In this document: piece by piece, positions 8,257 through 14,426 of the stretch
How positions within the stretch are numbered: the stretch's first letter is position 1
How the letters are laid out: every line of letters begins with the position of its first letter
Source of the DNA: a virus
Lineage: Duplodnaviria > Caudoviricetes
Virus record (IMG/VR): IMGVR_UViG_3300020138_000016
Span: 1 to 25,943 of that record
Length of the DNA: 25,943 nucleotides
Direction: 5' to 3' (one strand)
Made by a program: the position numbers and the translations under genes
Notes under the pieces: generated by a model
Seen by the model: the letters and a program-made list of their open reading frames with translations, nothing else
What the model was told of the DNA's origin: nothing
The model's database searches: none

Positions 8257-9614
8257 CGCGTGAGATCGCTCCTGATGGTGATGGGCCTGCCATGCAGGCG
8301 ATGGGAAAAGCGCTGCGGTTGCGCAGCGGCGGTAATCCAGGGAAAGCGTTGCCGCAGGCGATGGGCCAGTCGGCGGGTGGCGGCGTGCTTCAGGTGGCCG
8401 GCATAGCTGGCCAGCACGGTGCGGATGTGGTCGAAATCGGCGGGCGTGCCGTGCATGGTGTCGCCGCGCACGTGGGCGGATTCCCACTCGGCCAGCGCCT
8501 GGCGAAGGTGAGTGACGACGCGCCGGCGCGCCAGCAGATGCGTGGGGTAGATGATGTAGCCGAGGAAGTCGAGGCCCGCGGTCAGTGGCCGCAGCTTTAC
8601 GTCGGCTTTCAGCCGCAGGTCGAGCTCGGCGGCGAGGAATACCTCGATTTGCTGCTGCCAACGCACCAACTGCTCGCGGTCGTGGTGGAACAGGACGAAG
8701 TCATCCACATAGCGCAGGTAGCGCTTCGCGCGCAGCGTGTGCTTGACGAACTGGTCCAGCTTGTCCAGGTAGACGTTGGCCAGGAACTGGCTGGACAGGT
8801 TGCCGATGGGCAGGCCGCAGCGCGGTCGCGCGTTGCAAAGGCGCTTGTGCGTTGGCACCAAGGCCAGTTGTGCCGGCGTGGCGCGTTCGCGTACGCCGGC
8901 CTGTAACGGGTTGCCTCGCAACAGCGCGTGCGTCGTCGCGACGATCGTCGGCGACAACCCGGCGCGCAGCAGCACCGGCTTCATGGTGCGCCACAATTTA
9001 TCGCGGCGGATGGAGATGAAGAAGTTGGCGATGTCGAGCTGCAGGTAATAGCCGCTGCCCTGGCCGGAGTAGACCTGGCGCACGCACGCATGGGCGTAGC
9101 GGACGGCGGCGTGGCTGCCCTTGCTCTTGCGGTTGGCGTAGCTGTGCGCGTAGAAGCGCGGCTCGTAGACCGCCTCCAGCGGCGGCACGATCAGGTGATG
9201 CACCACGCGATCGCGGAAGGGCGGGGCGTGGATCTCGCGTGCCTTGGGGCGCGTGGCCACGAATGTGGTGGTGGGGCCAGGTGACCACGTGGCCGTGTTG
9301 AGCTCGGCCTGCAGATTGAGCAGGCCATCGATGAAGTGTGCGTCGAAAGCCAGCTTGTCGAAACTGGGCTTCTTGCCGCGGCGAGCGGCCATGTAGGCAT
9401 CGTAGAGAGGGCGCAGCTGGACGCCCTCGGCACCCTGAAACTCACGGGCACGCCGGCACGCGAGACCGAACCCGCTGTTGTTGCGGTGGTTGTTGTTCAC
9501 GTTGCCGTTGTGGAGATTGACGTTGAAGGCGGACGCCGAAGACCACGGCGCCGCGTCCCCGCGCACTTGCGACTCTGCCGCACAGGCCTTTTTCGGATAG
9601 CGCGGCGTCGTCAT
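8253..9614 (-). CDS. DGR reverse transcriptase, 453 aa (N-terminal codons include the template repeat)
   Basis: Motifs PKAREIHAPPFRDRVVHH, YLQLDIANFFISI, GLPIGNLSSQFLANVYLDKLDQFVK (DGR-type SQ motif), YLRYVDDFV, GLDFLGY. No maturase or endonuclease domain. ATG 9614 overlaps the avd stop (ATGA). Confidence 0.95.
   Translation of the reverse strand: MTTPRYPKKACAAESQVRGDAAPWSSASAFNVNLHNGNVNNNHRNNSGFGLACRRAREFQGAEGVQLRPLYDAYMAARRGKKPSFDKLAFDAHFIDGLLNLQAELNTATWSPGPTTTFVATRPKAREIHAPPFRDRVVHHLIVPPLEAVYEPRFYAHSYANRKSKGSHAAVRYAHACVRQVYSGQGSGYYLQLDIANFFISIRRDKLWRTMKPVLLRAGLSPTIVATTHALLRGNPLQAGVRERATPAQLALVPTHKRLCNARPRCGLPIGNLSSQFLANVYLDKLDQFVKHTLRAKRYLRYVDDFVLFHHDREQLVRWQQQIEVFLAAELDLRLKADVKLRPLTAGLDFLGYIIYPTHLLARRRVVTHLRQALAEWESAHVRGDTMHGTPADFDHIRTVLASYAGHLKHAATRRLAHRLRQRFPWITAAAQPQRFSHRLHGRPITIRSDLTR
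9444..9551 (-). repeat. DGR template repeat (TR), 108 nt
   Basis: GCG CCG TGG TCT TCG GCG TCC GCC TTC AAC GTC AAT CTC CAC AAC GGC AAC GTG AAC AAC AAC CAC CGC AAC AAC AGC GGG TTC GGT CTC GCG TGC CGG CGT GCC CGT. It has 21 adenines, 18 of them in nine AAY codons, and aligns without gaps to both VRs. Confidence 0.96.
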
Positions 9615-10054
9615 GCGTTGGCCCTCGATCGGGCGGCGCGGGTACTCAGTTTCTTGCCACGCTGTGCGGAGGCCTCGGCCTGCACATTCCGGGCATTGGG
9701 GTGCGTTTCCAGGCTTCGCTTCCAGCCACCGGCCTGCTTGCCGATTTCGCAGGCGCGCACCATGAGCCGCTCGAATTGCGCGAACGATTGGTAGGCGCGA
9801 ACTAGCTTGCAAACCTGCAGGCGATCCTTCAGGTCGTCGACGGCATCGACCAACTTGTCGGCATAGAACCGCCGCTGGTCCTGGCGCTGCCACGTACGGG
9901 TCGCACAGCGCATCACTGTTTCGGCCTGGAGCCGCAGCGCGGCGCCCGACTGATAGCGGTGGTAGCGCGGGAACTTGCGCACAACCTGTTCGATGTCCGC
10001 GCATAGATTGCGCGCGGCATCGACGATAGGCGGCGGCTGGAAGCGTGAGGCCAT
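9611..10054 (-). CDS. avd: DGR accessory variability determinant (Avd-like four-helix bundle), 147 aa
   Basis: Basic helical protein with VRKFPRYHRYQSGAALR and EIGKQAGGWKR motifs, in the canonical position between target and TR. Confidence 0.9.
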   Translation of the reverse strand: MASRFQPPPIVDAARNLCADIEQVVRKFPRYHRYQSGAALRLQAETVMRCATRTWQRQDQRRFYADKLVDAVDDLKDRLQVCKLVRAYQSFAQFERLMVRACEIGKQAGGWKRSLETHPNARNVQAEASAQRGKKLSTRAARSRANA

Positions 10055-10073
10055 TTCAATCAATCCAATGGCC
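10049..10073 (-). other. Hairpin just downstream of VR1 (candidate DGR target-recognition stem-loop)
   Basis: Minus strand GGCCATT-GGATTGATTGA-AATGGCC starts 2 nt after the target 1 stop. The 3' arm includes the avd ATG. Confidence 0.5.
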
Positions 10074-10075
10074 GA

Positions 10076-10696
10076 TTACTGACGGGCACGCCGGCACGCG
10101 AGACCGAACCCGCTGTAGCTGCGGTGGAAGCTGTGCACGAGGCCGTAGCGGAGACTGACGTCGAAGGCGGACGCCGAAGACCACGGCGCTACCGTGCTGG
10201 TCCAGTACCAGTCGTCGGTCGGCAGGTCGGGGAACAGGTTCTTGTCCACGGCCGGTTCGTGGTAGCAGCGGTCGATGACGTGCCTCTCGTAGACCGTGTC
10301 CGGCGCCAGTTGCCAGTCGTTGTAGCCGAGCAGCTGGAGGGTTTTGCCGGCCTCTTCGGTGGCCTGCTGGCTCTTGAATGGACGGCCATTCGCCGCGAGC
10401 GACTTGACCGCCACTATCCAGCCGGTGTCGGGAAACAACACGGCTACATGATCGGTGCGGGGATCCGAAGCGGGCACCTCGTTGCCATCCGCCAGGATCT
10501 TCCGTGGCGCGGCGTCGTCTTTCGCCGCGGAGCGATCGGCGACCGCGATGGCGCTTGCCAACGGCGCCGCGAGGAAGCCAGCAAGGCCGCTGAGCGGGTT
10601 GGAATCGAGCCGGACGATCAGGTCGCCGGCCACGTGGATGAAGGGTGTTGCTGCTTTTGCTTCGTGCAATGGCAGCGTATGGTTGGCTTCGCTCAC
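10076..10696 (-). CDS. DGR target protein 1, DUF1566/Lcl-like C-type-lectin fold, 206 aa
   Basis: AAAGGAG RBS and GTG start overlapping the upstream stop. Motifs LLGYNDWQL...PAVDKNLFPD...WYWTST; VR1 at the C-terminus. Confidence 0.9.
   Translation of the reverse strand: MSEANHTLPLHEAKAATPFIHVAGDLIVRLDSNPLSGLAGFLAAPLASAIAVADRSAAKDDAAPRKILADGNEVPASDPRTDHVAVLFPDTGWIVAVKSLAANGRPFKSQQATEEAGKTLQLLGYNDWQLAPDTVYERHVIDRCYHEPAVDKNLFPDLPTDDWYWTSTVAPWSSASAFDVSLRYGLVHSFHRSYSGFGLACRRARQ
10082..10189 (-). repeat. DGR variable repeat VR1
   Basis: Ungapped 108-nt match to TR with 12 mismatches, all at TR adenines (e.g. AAC>GAC, AAT>AGT, AAC>CTC, AAC>TTC). Confidence 0.96.
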
Positions 10697-10771
10697 TGGG
10701 TATCTCCTTTGGCGTGGTTGAAACGGCGGATGTGCTCCAGCAGTTCGGTGGGGCACTGGGAATCGGAGAGG

Positions 10772-11185
10772 TCATGCAGGAACCGTTCGGCCTGCGCCAG
10801 CAGACTCCTGGCATCGCGTAACAAGCGTTTGGCGCGGCGCAGGGCGCGCGGGCAATCCGGTGTTATGCCGCAAAAGCTGGCCCAGTCGTCGCCGCAATTT
10901 TTTTTCATCCTCGCGTGCTGGCATTGGCATCCAGCAAATCGGCGTACAGGCCAGCGCTTTCCAGCGCACCGGCAAATCGCAATCACCACCCTCTCCGGTG
11001 TAGCGCGACCCACAGGCCGCCCACCAACCAATGCTGACTTCCGCTTTCTGGCCCATCCGTGGGTCGCCACCGCCCATGTTTGCGTACATTGCCGGCAGCA
11101 CGTTGTAGTGCTCGCCATTCGGTGTTTCGGTCACCAGCACGACTGTTCCGTCGCGCGGCGCGGTTGTCATCGGTTGCCAGCTCAT
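10772..11185 (-). CDS. Cassette-borne DUF551-like phage protein, 137 aa as integrated (may also be read from ATG 11281 as an in-frame fusion)
   Basis: MSWQPMTTAPRDGTVVLV...PICWMPMP matches the WQPxxTAPxDG...WMPLP pattern of phage DUF551-like proteins. GGAGAG RBS. Confidence 0.75.
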   Translation of the reverse strand: MSWQPMTTAPRDGTVVLVTETPNGEHYNVLPAMYANMGGGDPRMGQKAEVSIGWWAACGSRYTGEGGDCDLPVRWKALACTPICWMPMPAREDEKKLRRRLGQLLRHNTGLPARPAPRQTLVTRCQESAGAGRTVPA

Positions 11186-11256
11186 GTCGCTCTCCGGGGT
11201 TGCGGCATAACAATTCAATCCAGCCGACCAGCTCCGCTGGCGGCTGATTTCAGGTG
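10863..11256 (+). mobile_element. Integron-type gene cassette (394 bp) integrated at a secondary G/TT site
   Basis: Begins at core site G/TTATGC (10862-10868) and ends in an attC. The 13-bp segments 10861-10873 and 11200-11212 are perfect inverted repeats. GGTGTT occurs at both junctions. Excision restores an ORF. Confidence 0.82.
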
Positions 11257-11262
11257 TTGGCT
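11205..11262 (+). other. attC recombination site (59-base element), 58 bp
   Basis: R'' GCATAAC, spacer AATTC, L'' AATC(C)AGCCG, (A), CCAGC-TCC-GCTGG, L' CGGCTGATT, spacer TCAGGT, R' GTTGGCT. Two extrahelical bases (G and T on the bottom strand) and 5/6-nt spacers, as in canonical attC sites. Confidence 0.87.
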
Positions 11263-11277
11263 TGAGCGGCTTGATGC

Positions 11278-11556
11278 TCATGAGCGGCTGCACCGGAATC
11301 GTCGGCTGGCCTTGATCTGCCGGGCTGCCTTCAGCCCTTCCTGGGTGAGCGTTAACGCGCTCGGAAAGGCCGGATTGTCGAACGCGAACAGGCCGTCGCG
11401 CTCCAACTGGTTGGCACAGCGCCTGGTCACCGCGACCGGCTGGGCAGGGCGGCTGGAAACGAATCCTTCGCGCGTGCGGCGCAAGGTATGCGCAGGTGTT
11501 TCCAGCGCGGCCATGAGTGCGGCGCTGACGGCCGGCGTATAGGCGGTGGCGATCAT
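11278..11556 (-). CDS. Hypothetical protein, possibly winged-helix, 92 aa
   Basis: MIATAYTPAVSAALMAAL...VTRRCANQLERDGL...LTLTQEGLKAA. ATGA overlaps at both ends. Confidence 0.7.
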   Translation of the reverse strand: MIATAYTPAVSAALMAALETPAHTLRRTREGFVSSRPAQPVAVTRRCANQLERDGLFAFDNPAFPSALTLTQEGLKAARQIKASRRFRCSRS

Positions 11557-11771
11557 GCAGCACCACCCAGGGCGCGCTCGACGATGCGGCTGAGGTAATC
11601 GGGATCGTGCGCGGCGAGCCACAACGATGCGACGAAAAACGACAGCCATATGACGGTTGCCACAACGATCTGGCGGCGCGACAGCGGCGCTTGGGATATG
11701 GGGCTCTTGCGCTCCCGGCCATCGTCCGGGCGACGGAGCAATGCGTGGCGGTGAAGCGATTGGCCGGCCAT
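11553..11771 (-). CDS. Small membrane protein, 72 aa
   Basis: Hydrophobic segment IVVATVIWLSFFVASLWLAA. TGATG and ATGA coupling. Confidence 0.65.
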   Translation of the reverse strand: MAGQSLHRHALLRRPDDGRERKSPISQAPLSRRQIVVATVIWLSFFVASLWLAAHDPDYLSRIVERALGGAA

Positions 11772-12073
11772 CAGACCCACCCCGCCCAATGCGCGAGCAA
11801 ACCAAGCGCCGCGACGATGACCAGTGGCGCGAGCGCGCCAGCCAGGTCCCGCCACCCCGAATGTTTTTGCGGCGCGCGGGCCGGCCCGATGCTGCCGATG
11901 GCACGCATGGGCGCCTTCGCATTGGCCCGAAATTCGCTGCGCAAGGTGCGGAGCTGCCGATACCGTGATTCCCTGGCGGCCTCGGTGGCGCGCTTGGCCG
12001 CAAGCAACCGCTCCAGACGCGCCTGCACCTGCCGGTCAGTCAGCTGCTGGTTTTCGGTGCGAGGTGCCGTCAT
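11771..12073 (-). CDS. Hypothetical protein with a C-terminal membrane anchor, 100 aa
   Basis: MTAPRTENQQ...LAGALAPLVIVAALGLLAHWAGWV. GAGG RBS. Confidence 0.65.
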   Translation of the reverse strand: MTAPRTENQQLTDRQVQARLERLLAAKRATEAARESRYRQLRTLRSEFRANAKAPMRAIGSIGPARAPQKHSGWRDLAGALAPLVIVAALGLLAHWAGWV

Positions 12074-12075
12074 GA

Positions 12076-12333
12076 CTACGCCTCGCTTGCCATGCGGCGG
12101 CTTTCGAACCACTGGAAGATCACGGTGATCGTGCCTTCTGCGTAGTTGCCAAGCTGCTTGCTGTGGCACCGCTGCTCGTATTCGGAGCCGTCGGCGCGCA
12201 GCAGCGTTTCGATCTTGTCGGGCTTCCACTCGTGGACCATTTCGGGGAGCGCGATGCGATCGAATTCTTCTTTCGTCCTCGGCCCCGCAAAAACGGTGGT
12301 TTCCGAAAGCACTGAGCAAAACGATGACGTCAT
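12076..12333 (-). CDS. Hypothetical protein, 85 aa
   Basis: GGAGA RBS before ATG 12333; fills the gap within the leftward operon. Confidence 0.6.
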   Translation of the reverse strand: MTSSFCSVLSETTVFAGPRTKEEFDRIALPEMVHEWKPDKIETLLRADGSEYEQRCHSKQLGNYAEGTITVIFQWFESRRMASEA

Positions 12334-12363
12334 GGCGATGGTCTCCGTCAGCAAATGGGCCAA

Positions 12364-12819
12364 TTACTGACGGGCACGCCGGCACGCGAGACCGAACCCG
12401 CTGAGGCTGCGGCGGCCGTAGCCCACGTAGCCGAGGCGGAGATCGACGAGGAAGGCGGACGCCGAAGACCACGGCACTACCGTGCTGGTCCAGAACCAGT
12501 CGTCGGCAGGCAGGTCGGGGAAGAGGTTGGTGTCGACGGCGGGGTCGTAGCGGTCGTGCGTCAGCACGTGGCGCAGCCAGACCTCATCGAGCGGGGCGTT
12601 GATCCAGTCCTGGTGGCCCAGCAGGTCCAATGCCTTGGCGGCCGCGTCCACGGCATCGGCATTGGCCAGCGGCTCGTACTCTTCGCCGGCGAGCGCCTTG
12701 ACCGCCACCATCCAGCCGGTGTCGGGAAACAGCACGGCCACGTGGTCGGTGCGCGGATCGCTGGCGGGCACCTCGGTGCCATCGGCCAGGATTTTCAGCG
12801 GGGTGGTGCTGGTGTTCAT
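12364..12819 (-). CDS. DGR target protein 2, DUF1566/Lcl-like, 151 aa; first gene of the leftward early operon
   Basis: Paralog of target 1 (shares KILADGxEVPASDPRTDHVAVLFPDTGW and PAVDxNLFPDLPxDDWxWTSTV). VR2 at the C-terminus; GGAGAG RBS. Confidence 0.92.
   Translation of the reverse strand: MNTSTTPLKILADGTEVPASDPRTDHVAVLFPDTGWMVAVKALAGEEYEPLANADAVDAAAKALDLLGHQDWINAPLDEVWLRHVLTHDRYDPAVDTNLFPDLPADDWFWTSTVVPWSSASAFLVDLRLGYVGYGRRSLSGFGLACRRARQ
12370..12475 (-). repeat. DGR variable repeat VR2
   Basis: Ungapped 106-nt match to TR with 16 mismatches, all at TR adenines. The first non-A mismatch (12476) marks the 5' boundary. Confidence 0.96.
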
Positions 12820-12959
12820 GCGGCGCTCTCCGGTGAGTGGAGGGCGCCGGCGGGTCGTTGGCTAGGCCTGCAAGGGTTCAGGCCTTCGCGCTACCGGACA
12901 GGGGTTCCGGCGGGTGGCGACCCGCCGGTCGCCCGCCCCGGATGGCCGGGGCGGGAAAG

Positions 12960-13003
12960 ATTGCAAACTATCTTGCAAAAATTGTCAACAAGTTTTTTTG
13001 CAT
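12960..13003 (-). promoter_or_regulatory. Leftward early promoter (pL-like) with two 18-bp operators
   Basis: TTGACA-N17-TGCAAT on the minus strand (12988 to 12960). Operators TTGCAAACTATCTTGCAA (12961-12978) and CAACAAGTTTTTTTGCAT (12986-13003) match those between cI and cro. Confidence 0.8.
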
Positions 13004-13075
13004 TGCTAGATGCCGGTGTCGGATTGCCTATACTGTTTGCCGGGGTTTGGCGGGTATAGAAGGGGGGTACGTGCT

Positions 13076-13429
13076 ATGGCTTCAGGGGCATCCGTTGGAC
13101 GGCGCGGAGTCGCGCTCACTATTGGTTTCGGAATCTGCTCGGCGCTCGGACTCATGTGCGATGCACATGCAAGCGATGGCCGCATGGAAGGGCTGTCGCT
13201 TTGCCAGGAGGCGATCAAACGCGTGGCGACCAATCCCTCTTCGGCGCACGTGCCCTATACCAAGGATTACGGTTCAGCAACGGAGCATTATTTCGCGTGG
13301 CCGAAAGGGTCAGGACTGACCATGATGAATGGATTTGGCGCCAACATCGACGTGAGCGCGGCCTGCACCACCACTGGTGATGGCGCGCGGATTACGAGCC
13401 TGAGCGTCAACGGCAAAACAATCCTGTGA
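13076..13429 (+). CDS. Putative exported accessory protein in the immunity region, 117 aa
   Basis: Signal-peptide-like N-terminus (RRGVALTIGFGICSALGLMCDAHA/S) and AGGGGG RBS. Convergent with cI. Confidence 0.7.
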   Translation: MASGASVGRRGVALTIGFGICSALGLMCDAHASDGRMEGLSLCQEAIKRVATNPSSAHVPYTKDYGSATEHYFAWPKGSGLTMMNGFGANIDVSAACTTTGDGARITSLSVNGKTIL

Positions 13430-13436
13430 GGCCGCG

Positions 13437-13865
13437 CTAGCTTCGAGGTTTGCCACGCGGCGTGCGGGACTCGCCCGCCGCATCCATCATGACCAACACG
13501 GCCTTTCGCACTTCATTGCCGCAATCACGGTAAAGGTCGATCAGTCGACGCTCATCAGCTGCCATAGGGAAGCCATATTCCCCGGCCGGATCTCGGACTG
13601 CAAACGCTGGGCGCGAGTCAGTGGCATGCGGGCCATAGACGGGCATGCCTGGCACCCACGCACGGAGCTCCTCGACCGTCTTTCCGAACGCGCAGGCGAG
13701 CTCGATGAGATAGCGAGGGCGTGTATTCGGCTTGGCCTCGAGCTGTTGCAGGTGCTGGTGCTGTACCTTCGGAGCTCCGCAACGTCTGACGTTGGCGGCG
13801 AGTTCCTGCAACGTCCATCCGTTGGCCGCCCGAAGAGCCGCTATGTTTTCGCCTAGCGGTTTCAT
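13437..13865 (-). CDS. cI: CI-like XRE-family repressor lacking an S24 peptidase domain, 142 aa
   Basis: HTH LGENIAALRAANGWTLQELAA...HLQQLE...LIELACAFGKTVEEL. Divergent from cro. Short C-terminus DERRLIDLYR. Confidence 0.85.
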   Translation of the reverse strand: MKPLGENIAALRAANGWTLQELAANVRRCGAPKVQHQHLQQLEAKPNTRPRYLIELACAFGKTVEELRAWVPGMPVYGPHATDSRPAFAVRDPAGEYGFPMAADERRLIDLYRDCGNEVRKAVLVMMDAAGESRTPRGKPRS

Positions 13866-13929
13866 GCAAAACATTTTGCATTGTTGACTGACAAAAATGC
13901 TTGCATTACCTTTGCAAGAAATCTTGCAA
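13864..13929. promoter_or_regulatory. OR-like operator triplet and rightward promoter
   Basis: 18-bp sites ATGCAAAACATTTTGCAT (13864-13881), TGACAAAAATGCTTGCAT (13889-13906) and TTGCAAGAAATCTTGCAA (13912-13929). Candidate pR TTGACT-N17-TACCTT (13884-13912). Confidence 0.82.
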
Positions 13930-13939
13930 GGTTCAGGCA

Positions 13940-14167
13940 ATGTCTGCGCTCGAGAAGGCCATCACAATTTGCGGCTCGCAGAGCGAGCTCGCCCGTCGGA
14001 TAGGCGGCAAGGTCCGCACTGGGCATATCCACTATTGGCTCAAGAACCGGGTGCCGGCTGATCGGTGCGGGGACATTGAGACAGCCACGGAAGGCAAAGT
14101 CACCCGCCACGACCTCCGCCCCGACGTCTTCGGCGAGCCCAACCCCGCCACCGCGAGGGCCGGCTGA
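13940..14167 (+). CDS. cro: Cro-like (YdaS-family) regulator, 75 aa
   Basis: MSALEKAITICGSQSELARRIG...VPADRCGDIETATEGKVTRHDLRPDVFG is the typical YdaS/Cro pattern. Confidence 0.9.
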   Translation: MSALEKAITICGSQSELARRIGGKVRTGHIHYWLKNRVPADRCGDIETATEGKVTRHDLRPDVFGEPNPATARAG

Positions 14168-14168
14168 T

Positions 14169-14426
14169 ATGGCCATCATCAGGAGCGATCTCATGCGTGG
14201 ATTGATCGAACGTGCGCGCGTCGCCGTGCGCGACTGGCTTACCGCGCCTACAGCAGCTGAACGCGACGCCGTGCGGGCAATGCTCAGGAGACGGAGGGCG
14301 TTGCATCCAACAGACCTTCCACCAGTCGCGGAAGTGCCTGGTTCGACGCCAGTTCCGGCGACGGCGAATCCAGCATCTCCTGCAGCGTCGCCCGAATGTC
14401 CTGCAGATACGAGGAATCCTGGATGA
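14169..14426 (+). CDS. Hypothetical protein, overlapping an opposite-strand gene
   Basis: ATG immediately after the cro stop; N-terminus ...LIERARVAVRDWLTAP looks coding. Confidence 0.4.
   Translation: MAIIRSDLMRGLIERARVAVRDWLTAPTAAERDAVRAMLRRRRALHPTDLPPVAEVPGSTPVPATANPASPAASPECPADTRNPG

Larger units (their letters stand above)
10693..11281 (-). pseudogene. 64-aa phage gene split by the attC cassette (segments 11257-11281 and 10693-10862)
   Basis: Joining the segments gives MSIKPLKPTPDCPRALRRAKRLLRDARSLLAQAERFLHDLSDSQCPTELLEHIRRFNHAKGDTQ*, with an ATGA overlap upstream and a GTGA overlap with target 1. Confidence 0.8.

Noticed and set aside
9476-9530. (AAC)n microsatellite or CRISPR-like repeats
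   Set aside because: The AAC runs are TR codons. The three copies of about 108 nt are TR, VR1 and VR2, not a repeat-spacer array.
8253-10004. RT as a 583-aa protein, or as a group II intron/retron RT
   Set aside because: The extra N-terminus overlaps avd in another frame. The SQ motif, Avd and TR/VR pairs identify a DGR, and there is no maturase domain or msr-msd.
10816-10868. Second attC immediately left of the cassette (GCGTAAC...GTTATGC)
   Set aside because: The spacing is attC-like and there is a small central stem, but the L boxes pair poorly and it lies in coding sequence. At most it is a structural mimic that may have favoured insertion.
10898-10905. A8 tract as a programmed frameshift or phase-variation site
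   Set aside because: The frame discontinuity is explained exactly by the cassette boundary at 10862/10863.
12324-12333. Palindrome ATGACGTCAT as the VR2 homing hairpin
   Set aside because: It has no loop, lies 30 nt from the stop, overlaps a start codon and has no counterpart at VR1.
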